Assembly: GCA_028870995.1 (NCBI GenBank)
Contig: JAGWOI010000009.1
Location: 7,085 to 71,084 of the forward strand
Source of the DNA: Candidatus Omnitrophota bacterium
Lineage (GTDB): Bacteria > Omnitrophota > Gorgyraeia > Zapsychrales > Fredricksoniimonadaceae
Direction: 5' to 3'
DNA: 64,000 nucleotides
Numbering within the stretch: position 1 is the first letter of the stretch; every line of letters starts with the position of its first letter. Positions 10,784 through 19,859 of the stretch are shown piece after piece. The notes under the pieces were generated by a model that had not been told where the DNA came from, did not search any database, and saw only the letters and a program-made list of their open reading frames with translations. Position numbers and translations under genes: made by a program.

Positions 10784-11182
10784 ATGCCCAGAATTTTAGG
10801 TATAGATTTGCCTAAGGAAAAACGGATTGAAGCGGCCCTGCCGTACATCTACGGTATCGGTCCTGCCCGCAGCCGCCAGATTCTGGAACAGGCCCAGGTC
10901 AGCGGCAACAAGCGCGCCAAGGATTTGACCGAAGAGGAGATTTTGAAGATCACCAACCTGATCCAGAAGAACTACGTCACGGAAGGTGATTTGCGCCGCG
11001 AGATCAACGAGAATGTGCGCCGTCATATGGAGATCGGCACCTACCGCGGCCTGCGCCACCGCAAGGGGCTGCCGTGTAGGGGCCAAAGGACAAAGACCAA
11101 CGCCCGCACCCGCAAAGGCAAGAAGCCGGTGGTGGGTCATATTATTAAGAAGGAAGCAGCTCCTGCTGCCAAGAAAGCTTAA
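10784..11182 (+). CDS. rpsM: 30S ribosomal protein S13
   Basis: [35 protein letters not shown]. Confidence 0.96.
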   Translation: MPRILGIDLPKEKRIEAALPYIYGIGPARSRQILEQAQVSGNKRAKDLTEEEILKITNLIQKNYVTEGDLRREINENVRRHMEIGTYRGLRHRKGLPCRGQRTKTNARTRKGKKPVVGHIIKKEAAPAAKKA

Positions 11183-11202
11183 CACAGAGCTCAAGGAAAA
11201 TT

Positions 11203-11637
11203 ATGGCCGATACCAAACCTCAAGCAGCAAAAGCAGATCAAGCACAGGCGGTCAAGAAGCCTGCTAAAGCCAAAAAGAAAAACCTTAAGGGTGTCACCTC
11301 AGGCATTGTCACCATCCAGGCGTCATTCAACAATACCATCGTGACCATCGCCGACAAGCAGGGCAATACGATCACCTGGGCATCGCCCGGTTTGGTGGGT
11401 TTTCATGGCTCCAAGAAGTCGACTCCCTTTGCCGCGCAGATCGCAGCGACCGATGCTGCCCGCCGCGCCAAGGAACTGGGGGTCATGAGCGTCGATGTGC
11501 TGGTCAAGGGTCCGGGTTCGGGCCGCGAATCCGCCATCCGCGCGCTGGTTGCCGCCGGTTTACATGTGACTTCGATCAAGGATGTAACGCCCATCCCGCA
11601 CAACGGATGCCGTTCACGCAAGAAACGCAGGGTTTAA
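11203..11637 (+). CDS. rpsK: 30S ribosomal protein S11
   Basis: ...[30 protein letters not shown]...[33 protein letters not shown]. Confidence 0.95.
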   Translation: MADTKPQAAKADQAQAVKKPAKAKKKNLKGVTSGIVTIQASFNNTIVTIADKQGNTITWASPGLVGFHGSKKSTPFAAQIAATDAARRAKELGVMSVDVLVKGPGSGRESAIRALVAAGLHVTSIKDVTPIPHNGCRSRKKRRV

Positions 11638-11735
11638 CATAAAACCTGCCGCTCTCCTTAAGGAGAATCCCATGTTGGGATACGGCTTCTCTCAAGCTCG
11701 GTGCGGCAAAAATGGGAAAGTGAGTAAACAAGTCT

Positions 11736-12362
11736 ATGGGTCGTGATTTAGGACCAGATTGCCGTCTTTGCCGCCGCGAAGGCGAAAAGCTTTTTTTGAA
11801 AGGTACGCGCTGCTACACGCATAAATGCGCCGTAGCCCGCCGTGAATATGCCCCCGGCCAGCATGGCCTGAAAAAGGGCAAGCTTTCCAACTTCGGTATC
11901 CAGATGCGCGAAAAGCAGAAGATCAAGCGCATTTACGGTGTTTTGGAAACCCAGTTCCGCAATTACTTTTTGAAGGCCACCGCCATCAAGGGCGTGACCG
12001 GCCACGTTTTATTGCAGTACCTGGAACGCCGCCTGGACAGCGTCCTGTTCAACGCCGGTTTTGCCAAATCGCGCACCGACGGCCGCCAAATTGTCAGCCA
12101 CAACCACGTTTCGGTCAACGGCCGGCGCGTCAATATCGCCTCATATTTGGTGAAGCCCAACGATATCGTGGAGATCAAGACCGATGCTAAGACCACGGCC
12201 CAGCTTAAGAACAATGTCGAGACGACCAAGGAACGCAAGGTCCCGGCCTGGCTGGAAGCCGACGGCGCCAATTTGAAGATCAAGGTGGTGCGCATGCCGG
12301 TCCGCGAGGACGTGTCTTTCGCCGTCAACGAGCAGCTCGTCGTGGAGTTGTATTCCAGATAA
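11736..12362 (+). CDS. rpsD: 30S ribosomal protein S4
   Basis: MGRDLGPDCRLCRREGEKLFLKGTRCYTHKCAVARR... (zinc finger plus S4 domain). Confidence 0.95.
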   Translation: MGRDLGPDCRLCRREGEKLFLKGTRCYTHKCAVARREYAPGQHGLKKGKLSNFGIQMREKQKIKRIYGVLETQFRNYFLKATAIKGVTGHVLLQYLERRLDSVLFNAGFAKSRTDGRQIVSHNHVSVNGRRVNIASYLVKPNDIVEIKTDAKTTAQLKNNVETTKERKVPAWLEADGANLKIKVVRMPVREDVSFAVNEQLVVELYSR

Positions 12363-12435
12363 AAAAGTTTATTAACTCGTATGACCGCCCGGGTCGACCA
12401 CCTGGGCGGGGACATAAAACCTAAGGAGAGTCATC

Positions 12436-13425
12436 ATGGGTGTCAAATGGCGCGATTTTCAAATGCCGAAACGCTTGGATTGCGAAGAAGCTTCTTATAC
12501 GAACACGTACGGTAAATTTGTGGCAGAACCCTTTGAGCGCGGTTACGGCGTGACCTTGGGCAATTCCTTGCGCCGCATTTTGTTGTCATCCATCGAAGGC
12601 TCGGCCGTGACCTCGATCCGCATCGAAGGGGTAGCGCATGAGTTTTCCACCATGCCCGGTGTTTTGGAATCCGTGACCGAGATCGTCTTGAACATCAAGG
12701 CCCTGGTCATCCGTTCCCATTCCAAGACCCCCAAGACCGTTTATATCAAGGCCAACAAGAAGGGTGAACTCAAGGCGAAAGATATTATCTCCGACGAAAT
12801 GGTCGAGATTTTAAACGCTAATCATCACCTGTTGACCCTGACGCAGGACATTCCCTTCAACATGGAGCTGGAAATTTCCCGCGGCCGCGGTTATGTGCCG
12901 GCCGACCAGAACAAGAAGGAAGGCGCTCCGGTAGGGACCATCGTCGTGGATTCCATTTTCACGCCCATCGTGAAGGTCAATTTCACCGTGGAGAACACCC
13001 GTGTCGGCCAGCGCACCGATTATGACCGCCTGGTCGTCGAGATTTTCACCAACGGCGCCATCAACCCCAAGGAAGCCCTGCTGTACGGGGCCAATATCCT
13101 GCAGCGCCATTTGGATGTGTTCGTGGCCTACGGCCAGCTGCCGGAAGAGGAAGAAGTGGAAGAGGAAGTTTCCGCCGAGGAAGAGGCGTTGTACACCAAG
13201 TTGCGCCTGCCGATCTCCGAGCTGGAGCTTTCCGTGCGTTCTTCCAACTGCCTCAAGGACGCCAATATCAAGACCATCGGCGACCTGGTCCGCCGTCAGG
13301 AAGTGGAATTGCTGGAGTTCCGCAATTTTGGCAAGAAATCATTGACGGAAATCCAGGACATCCTTAAAGCCATGGGCCTGTCCCTTGGTATGAAGGTTGA
13401 TACCAAAAAATTAAGGACCAAGTAA
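12436..13425 (+). CDS. rpoA: DNA-directed RNA polymerase alpha subunit
   Basis: [41 protein letters not shown]. The C-terminal domain carries [22 protein letters not shown]. Confidence 0.95.
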   Translation: MGVKWRDFQMPKRLDCEEASYTNTYGKFVAEPFERGYGVTLGNSLRRILLSSIEGSAVTSIRIEGVAHEFSTMPGVLESVTEIVLNIKALVIRSHSKTPKTVYIKANKKGELKAKDIISDEMVEILNANHHLLTLTQDIPFNMELEISRGRGYVPADQNKKEGAPVGTIVVDSIFTPIVKVNFTVENTRVGQRTDYDRLVVEIFTNGAINPKEALLYGANILQRHLDVFVAYGQLPEEEEVEEEVSAEEEALYTKLRLPISELELSVRSSNCLKDANIKTIGDLVRRQEVELLEFRNFGKKSLTEIQDILKAMGLSLGMKVDTKKLRTK

Positions 13426-13426
13426 T

Positions 13427-13993
13427 ATGAGACACGCGAAGGAAGGCAATCGTTTAAGCCGCAACAAAAGTTTAAGAAAAGCGACCTTGCGCGACATGGC
13501 CCGTGCCGTCCTGGTGCAGGAACGCATTTGCACCACCCGTGCCAAGGCCAAGGAAGCCAGGAAGCTTATCGAGAGATTGATCACCCTGGGCAAGAAGGAC
13601 ACGCTGGCGGCACGCCGCCGGGCTTTCGCCATCCTTTGCGACCATGGGTTGGTTTCCCAATTGTTCAAGCAGACCGCCCCGCGCTTCAAGGCGCGTAACG
13701 GCGGCTATACCCGCATTATCCCTTATATGCAGCGCAGCGGCGACAATGCCGCCCTGGCCTTCCTGGAACTTACCGAGAAATCCAGGGAGATCATCACCGG
13801 TACCAAGCGCGCCAAGGCCGAGAAGGAAGCGGCGGACACCAAGACCGTTTCCGAAGCGGAGACTAAACCCGCAGCGGAAACCAAGCCGGCAGCGCCGGGG
13901 CATTCCAAGGCTGATGTCAAGACCAAGCCTAAGGCTGCGGCCAAGCCCACCGGTGTCAAGAAGCTGTTCCAGCGCAAGACCGGAGGCGAATAA
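13427..13993 (+). CDS. rplQ: 50S ribosomal protein L17 with a ~65-aa Lys/Ala/Pro-rich C-terminal tail
   Basis: MRHAKEGNRLSRNKSLRKATLRDMARAV...GGYTRIIPYMQRSGDNAALAFLEL. The tail is a low-complexity K/A/P/E stretch. Confidence 0.93.
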   Translation: MRHAKEGNRLSRNKSLRKATLRDMARAVLVQERICTTRAKAKEARKLIERLITLGKKDTLAARRRAFAILCDHGLVSQLFKQTAPRFKARNGGYTRIIPYMQRSGDNAALAFLELTEKSREIITGTKRAKAEKEAADTKTVSEAETKPAAETKPAAPGHSKADVKTKPKAAAKPTGVKKLFQRKTGGE

Positions 13994-14023
13994 GCCGCCG
14001 CTTGCGTTAACAAGCAATTCCAG

Positions 14024-14052
14024 CCCCGTCTGAACAAGACGGGGCTTTTTTA
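14024..14052 (+). terminator. Rho-independent terminator after rplQ
   Basis: Hairpin CCCCGTCTGAACAAGACGGGG followed by TTTTTTATT. Confidence 0.8.
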
Positions 14053-14066
14053 TTGCCCTTTTCTCG

Positions 14067-14123
14067 TTGGACCGTTTCCGCGTCAGCCCTTGCTGCTATT
14101 GAGGTTATGATAGAAGTGTCCCC
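14067..14123. repeat. 57-bp bipartite motif TTGGACCGTTTC-N24-GGTTATGATAGAAGTGTCCCC; a second copy lies at 38974-39030
   Basis: Both flanking blocks match block-for-block at the two loci (39 of 41 positions identical) and the 24-nt spacing is the same. Both copies sit just 3' of a conserved gene at the edge of AT-rich DNA. Confidence 0.7.
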
Positions 14124-14129
14124 TTGCCT

Positions 14130-14294
14130 GGTTAAGCCGGTATTGCTCCCGAAACGGGGATATTTTCGCCGTCCGCTACGCTTTACGGCTCGGTTTCTAT
14201 CGCGATAAGGCATACGCGGAAACCTCGCCGTAAAACCTTGCGGACATTTGGCGAAAAATCCCTGAATGTTTCGTTCCGCAATACCGGCTTAACC
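14130..14294. repeat. Giant imperfect palindrome, family 1, copy 1 (165 bp)
   Basis: Terminal arms are GGTTAAGCCGGTATTGC / GCAATACCGGCTTAACC. The core GAAACGGGGATATTTTCGCCGTCCGCTACG...CGCGGAAACCTCGCCGTAAAACCTTGCGGACATTTGGCGAAAAATCCCTGAATGTTTC is shared with the copies at 25634-25810 and 26635-26802. Confidence 0.9.
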
Positions 14295-14313
14295 GTAGAG
14301 GATACCATTTCTG

Positions 14314-14343
14314 TTAGCATATGCAAATCATTCTGGTATAATT
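14314..14343 (+). promoter_or_regulatory. Near-consensus sigma70 promoter with extended -10: TTAGCA, 17-nt spacer ending TGG, then TATAAT
   Basis: -35 TTAGCA (14314-14319), 17-nt spacer, TGn extension, -10 TATAAT (14338-14343). This lies 15 nt upstream of the island's first ORF. Confidence 0.7.
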
Positions 14344-14357
14344 AGAAATTCCTAAAT

Positions 14358-14768
14358 ATGACACTAAAGCAGAAAAAATTTCTTGGTCGAGAGAGCCTTA
14401 GAGAATCTTGGGTTAAAAGCACAGATACTCCTTTACGTTTTTTTGTTCAGCTATTATTTATAATTGAAGGAACTCTGGGGCTGGTATTTATTGCAGGAGT
14501 TAAATATAATTTGGACAAAACTATTTTAATTTGGATCTTTTTGTCCTTAGTTGGACTTGGCGGACTTGCTTTAATAATGGTTTTTCTACTTGTTGTTTTT
14601 TTTCCAAAGAATTTAGTGTTTGATAAAGATGCTCATTTATTTGAAAGAGCTTTAGAATACGGAGATGACGCGCATATAATGGCGTATTCCCAGTTAAGAA
14701 GTGTGGAATTAATATCTCCTCCAAAACAAATTACAAATCAACGTCAGGAAGGAACTATAAATGAGTAA
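14358..14768 (+). CDS. Hypothetical small membrane protein (2 predicted TM helices); AT-rich
   Basis: 136 aa. Hydrophobic segments FFVQLLFIIEGTLGLVFIAGV and ILIWIFLSLVGLGGLALIMVFLLVVFF. First gene behind the island promoter. I recognise no family. Confidence 0.6.
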   Translation: MTLKQKKFLGRESLRESWVKSTDTPLRFFVQLLFIIEGTLGLVFIAGVKYNLDKTILIWIFLSLVGLGGLALIMVFLLVVFFPKNLVFDKDAHLFERALEYGDDAHIMAYSQLRSVELISPPKQITNQRQEGTINE

Positions 14769-15036
14769 GGCTTTCCTGATAACATATGACTTAAAATATA
14801 AGTCCACACAGAATTATGTGCCTTTTTTTAATGCTATAAGGACTGCTAAATGGTGGCATTATCTTCCAGATGCATGGATTATTATAACTGATAAAGATGC
14901 TACTTATTGGCAAAACACACTGGTTCCACTAACGTTTCAAGGAGATTTTCTACTAATCATTGAAGTAAAACGACAATCTGGCGGGTGGCTTCCTTTAGAA
15001 GCCTGGAATTGGATAAATGAAAATATTCCAACATAA
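14761..15036 (+). CDS. Hypothetical 91-aa protein, translationally coupled to the upstream membrane protein (ATGA overlap)
   Basis: MSKAFLITYDLKYKSTQNYVPFFNAIRTAKWWHYLPDAWIIITDKDATYWQNTLVPLTFQGDFLLIIEVKRQSGGWLPLEAWNWINENIPT. Trp-rich, with no recognisable family. Its start overlaps the stop of 14358-14768. Confidence 0.55.
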   Translation: MSKAFLITYDLKYKSTQNYVPFFNAIRTAKWWHYLPDAWIIITDKDATYWQNTLVPLTFQGDFLLIIEVKRQSGGWLPLEAWNWINENIPT

Positions 15037-15221
15037 TTGAATATATTTAGTTTTAGAACGAGCCGGGTCCCTGAAAGGGGATAGGTCTGTTTGAATTGAC
15101 AGCCGATCCCCGTCGTGATATTCTACATGCAGAACAAGAAGCATTCCGACCGTAACCATCCCCGCCGCTTCTTATTATCAAACCCCCTTTAATTCGTAGC
15201 AACGACGAAGGATTTACTTTC

Positions 15222-15632
15222 ATGAAGAATAAATCAAGAAAGTCAGGGGAGGATTTTAACCATTGGAACCAGCAGAAGCAAAAGACGCATTTCGACAAGC
15301 AAAGGCCTTTTTTCCATGAACAGGAAGTATGGTTTTGTGCGCTGGGAGTTAATATTGGTTTTGAACAAGATGGCCGGGGCAATGGATTCTTACGACCGGT
15401 TCTGATCCTAAAGAAATTTAATAACGAAATATTCTGGGCTTTGCCCATGACTAAAAATTTAAAGCAAGGGACGTATTACGCTGCCATTTCATTTAGAAAA
15501 AATACCCAAAGCACCTTAATTCTTTCTCAAATTCGCTTAGTTGATGCAAAAAGACTGGTATATAAAGCAGGAGCTGTTAAACAGCAGGATTTTGAATCGA
15601 TTAAAGAGAGGGTTAGGCAAATACTTGCCTAA
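15222..15632 (+). CDS. PemK/MazF-family endoribonuclease toxin-like protein (divergent, with an N-terminal extension); no cognate antitoxin ORF detected
   Basis: ...QEVWFCALGVNIGFEQDGRGNGFLRPVLILKKFNNEIFWALPMT...LILSQIRLVDAKRLVYKAGAVKQQDFESIKERV. This parallels the MazF pattern of a G-rich loop, RPxLIL, then ADQVKSID-KRL...G.L....I. Confidence 0.6.
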   Translation: MKNKSRKSGEDFNHWNQQKQKTHFDKQRPFFHEQEVWFCALGVNIGFEQDGRGNGFLRPVLILKKFNNEIFWALPMTKNLKQGTYYAAISFRKNTQSTLILSQIRLVDAKRLVYKAGAVKQQDFESIKERVRQILA

Positions 15633-15708
15633 AAAAATTAACCCCCGTTCTTGACGGGGGAGGGCCTTTCAGCCATTTGTGGTTTAAGTATAACATGGCA
15701 TATGATTA

Positions 15709-15953
15709 TGTCAAACGTTAAAAAGAGGTGTCACATGGGAAAAACAAAAAGTTTTCTGTTTGACGCAAAAGAAACGAAATATTTGTGGAGATATTCGGAT
15801 GATGCTATGCGTACAACAAGAAGGTTAAGTGAAATGTATCCAGATATCCCTAAGAAGCTCGATGCTGTAGTACATGTTATCGAATTTCACAAGTTAACAA
15901 GTATACCAAGGAGTAAAAGAACAAAAATATTGAATTGGTTAGATAAGGAATAA
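15709..15953 (+). CDS. Hypothetical protein (start ambiguous; the ORF track gives 15651-15953)
   Basis: MSNVKKRCHMGKTKSFLFDAKETKYLWRYSDDAMRTTRRLSEMYPDIPKKLDAVVHVIEFHKLTSIPRSKRTKILNWLDKE. The track start at 15651 overlaps the upstream hairpin, so an internal ATG (15709 or 15736) is more likely. Confidence 0.45.
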
Positions 15954-15965
15954 AAGGGAGGGGAG

Positions 15966-16397
15966 ATGCCCAAAAAGCCCGTCAAAAAATGCTGCATGTG
16001 CGGCAAGCCGGTCTTCTCGCCCAAATCCATCTATTGCCGTGACTGTTCTCATTTCAGCGCCCGGATGTCCGATGAAAGGTTTTCACCGGAAACCCGCCAA
16101 CAGCTTTGGAATTACGTCCGCCGTAACAAAGGCTTTTACTGTTATTACACCGGTTTAAAACTCGATGTGTTTGATTACGCGAGTCCTTATTTCCTGGAGT
16201 TTGACCATGTCACACCGCAAAACCCCAAGAAGATCGTGATGTGCTGCGCCTGGTTCAATGAAATTAAAGGGGACATGACCTTAAACGAATTAAAGGGTTC
16301 TGTTAAGCAGCTCTTTAACTACTGGTTTAAGGGTATAAAAATAAAAAAGCGAAAATTCCGCTATTGGTACCGCCTTATCCCTGATTTTTGTAAATAA
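15966..16397 (+). CDS. Small free-standing HNH endonuclease with an N-terminal zinc ribbon
   Basis: N-terminus CCMCGKPVFSPKSIYCRDCSHF (a 4-Cys motif). The HNH core is EFDHVTPQNPKKIVMCCAWFNEIKGDMTLNEL (His...Asn...Asn/Lys). Confidence 0.7.
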   Translation: MPKKPVKKCCMCGKPVFSPKSIYCRDCSHFSARMSDERFSPETRQQLWNYVRRNKGFYCYYTGLKLDVFDYASPYFLEFDHVTPQNPKKIVMCCAWFNEIKGDMTLNELKGSVKQLFNYWFKGIKIKKRKFRYWYRLIPDFCK

Positions 16398-16430
16398 TTT
16401 TGCTCCTCTTCGTAGTGCCCTCGGGAAGGG

Positions 16431-16459
16431 TTGACTTGCCCCTATAATTTCTATATAAT
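16431..16459 (+). promoter_or_regulatory. Consensus sigma70 promoter TTGACT-17-TATAAT upstream of lysS
   Basis: -35 TTGACT at 16431-16436, exact 17-nt spacer, -10 TATAAT at 16454-16459, 47 nt before the lysS start. Confidence 0.7.
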
Positions 16460-16506
16460 GCCCTGTCCAGATATTCTTATATTAATTTTATATAATATGG
16501 TGGTCT

Positions 16507-17955
<1,449 letters not shown>

Positions 17956-17957
17956 TC

Positions 17958-19154
17958 ATGAATTTTGAATGGTGGCTGACATTCAGGTATCTGCTGGCCA
18001 AGAAGGACAAGTTCCTGGCCATCATCAATATTGTCGCCATCGCCGGCATTGCCATCGGCGTCATGGCCCTGATCGTCGTCATCGGCGTCATGACCGGCTT
18101 TGACCATGACCTGCGCGCCAAGATCGTGGGGGCCAATGCCCATGTGTTTGTGGAGCGCGAGACAGGCATCAAGAATTACGAAGAGCTGGACAAGCGCCTG
18201 AGGGCCATCCCCGGCGTCATTGCCGACACGCCCTATATCCACGGCAATATTTTTTTGGAGACAGGCACCCGGGCGGCGAGCCTCATCCTGCGGGGCGTGG
18301 CCCCGGCCACCGAGGGCAAGGTGACCATGATCAACAGTTACCTGGCCCAGGGCAAGATCGAGAATTTAAAGGATGATGAGGTTATCATCGGCAATCAGCT
18401 GGCTTCCTATTATGGTTTTAACGTCGGGGACACCGTGACGCTCGTTTCTCCGGCATCAGGCATGGCCGGCAAGGGCTGGCGCTACAAATTCAAGGTGGCC
18501 GGGATCTTCAAGTCCGGCATGTACGATTATGACATGAACCTGATCCTGGTGACCTTGAAGGCGGCCCAGCAGATCTTTAATATCGGCGGCTCGGTCAGCG
18601 GCATAGGCCTCAAATTGGCCAACCCGGACATGGCGCCGGCGATCAAACGCGACATCTACAGCATCATCGGCTTTAGTTACCTGGTGCGCACCTGGATGGA
18701 GAGCAACGCCAACTTTTTTGCCGCCCTGGCCCTGGAAAAGTACGCCATGTTCGTCATCTTGACGCTCATCGTGCTCGTGGCCTCGTTTAATATCGTCAGC
18801 ACCCTGATCGTGACGGTGACAAGCAAGATCAAGGACATCGGCATCCTGAAATCGATCGGCGCCTCCAAGGCGCTCATCCACCGGATCTTCACCTGGCAGG
18901 GGCTTGCCGTCGGCGCCATAGGGACATTTTGGGGATTTTCGTTGGGGCTGGCCATCGTTCTGCTCTTGAAGAAATACCAGTTTATCAAATTGCCGCAGGA
19001 TATTTATTACATCGACCATCTGCCGGTGCTGGTGCAGGCCTCGGATGTGGCGGTGATCGTGGGTGCGGCGATGGTGATCACCTATGCCGCCACTGTATAC
19101 CCGGCCATCAAGGCGGCAAACCTGGAACCCGTGGAAGCGCTGAGATATGAGTAA
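17958..19154 (+). CDS. lolC: Lipoprotein-releasing system permease, LolC/LolE (FtsX) family
   Basis: MNFEWWLTFRYLLAKKDKFLAIINIVAIAGIAIGVMALIVVIGVMTGF..., 4 TM segments around a periplasmic domain, 398 aa. Confidence 0.88.
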   Translation: MNFEWWLTFRYLLAKKDKFLAIINIVAIAGIAIGVMALIVVIGVMTGFDHDLRAKIVGANAHVFVERETGIKNYEELDKRLRAIPGVIADTPYIHGNIFLETGTRAASLILRGVAPATEGKVTMINSYLAQGKIENLKDDEVIIGNQLASYYGFNVGDTVTLVSPASGMAGKGWRYKFKVAGIFKSGMYDYDMNLILVTLKAAQQIFNIGGSVSGIGLKLANPDMAPAIKRDIYSIIGFSYLVRTWMESNANFFAALALEKYAMFVILTLIVLVASFNIVSTLIVTVTSKIKDIGILKSIGASKALIHRIFTWQGLAVGAIGTFWGFSLGLAIVLLLKKYQFIKLPQDIYYIDHLPVLVQASDVAVIVGAAMVITYAATVYPAIKAANLEPVEALRYE

Positions 19155-19839
19155 GAAGGTATTGATCGAAGCCAATAATATTCACAAGACCTACCCGGGG
19201 CCTTTGCACGTGCTCAAAGGCATTGATCTGACCATCGCGCAAGGGGAGGTGGCGGCCGTCATCGGCCCCTCGGGAGCCGGCAAATCCACCCTTCTTCATA
19301 TCCTGGGTGGTCTGGATGCGCCCAGGGAGGGCCAGGTGCTTTTCGGCGGCCAGGATTTGTACGGCATCAGCGACGCCAGGCGCGCGCAAATACGCAACAG
19401 TGCTATGGGATTTGTTTTTCAATCATATCATTTATTGCCGGAATTGACCGCGCTGGAGAATGTGATCCTACCGGCCATGATCGGTAAAAATTTAGGAAAA
19501 ACAAGCGCTTTGGAATCCCATGGGTTAAAATTACTGCAGCAGTTGGGGCTGTCGGCCCGCGCCACCCATAGGCCCAACCAGCTTTCCGGCGGGGAGCAGC
19601 AGCGGGTGGCGATTGCCCGGGCGCTTATGAACGGGCCCAAGGTGGTCTTCTGCGACGAGCCCACCGGCAACCTGGACTCAGTCAGCGGCGAGATAGTCAT
19701 GGACGTGCTTTTAGGTTTGAATAAGACGCACGAGACGGCAGTAGTCATCGTCACGCATGACGAAAAGATAGCGGCCCGCGTGGGACGTGTCATCGGCATG
19801 AAGGACGGTTTATTGGAGCAGCCGTTGGGAGCAAGGTAA
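19147..19839 (+). CDS. lolD: Lipoprotein-releasing ABC transporter ATPase
   Basis: Walker A GPSGAGKST, signature LSGGEQQRVAIARAL, Walker B VVFCDEPTGNLD. Translationally coupled to the upstream permease. Confidence 0.9.
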   Translation: MSKKVLIEANNIHKTYPGPLHVLKGIDLTIAQGEVAAVIGPSGAGKSTLLHILGGLDAPREGQVLFGGQDLYGISDARRAQIRNSAMGFVFQSYHLLPELTALENVILPAMIGKNLGKTSALESHGLKLLQQLGLSARATHRPNQLSGGEQQRVAIARALMNGPKVVFCDEPTGNLDSVSGEIVMDVLLGLNKTHETAVVIVTHDEKIAARVGRVIGMKDGLLEQPLGAR

Positions 19840-19859
19840 TTTAATTACGAAAGGCCCTT

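Larger units (their letters stand above)
14067..16400. mobile_element. Low-GC inserted island between rplQ and lysS, about 2.3 kb
   Basis: There is an abrupt GC drop (about 33-45% against ~60% flanking). The boundary carries the 57-bp motif and a giant palindrome copy. The island has its own promoter and encodes MazF-like and HNH nuclease-family genes. No integrase or transposase is present. Confidence 0.6.

Noticed and set aside
14130-14294. Integron attC interpretation of the giant palindromes (GTTAAGC / GCTTAAC at the ends of copy 1 match GTTRRRY / RYYYAAC)
   Set aside because: The motif orientation is inverted relative to attC (R'' should be RYYYAAC at the 5' end). The terminal sequence is absent in copy 3 and imperfect in copy 2. 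The elements are about 170 bp with a conserved core, not structure-only conservation. No intI or cassette array is present. The idea is kept only as a loose analogy.
15053-15448. 131-aa minus-strand ORF overlapping the MazF-like gene
   Set aside because: It lies antisense to a gene with a clear family signature and spans the structured upstream region. It has no features of its own.
15617-15661. Terminator for the MazF-like gene
   Set aside because: Two hairpins are present (GGCAAATACTTGCC and CCCCCGTTCTTGACGGGGG). The U-run that would make the second a plus-strand intrinsic terminator is on the wrong side: the A-run precedes it, so it looks terminator-like only for the minus strand. Left unassigned.
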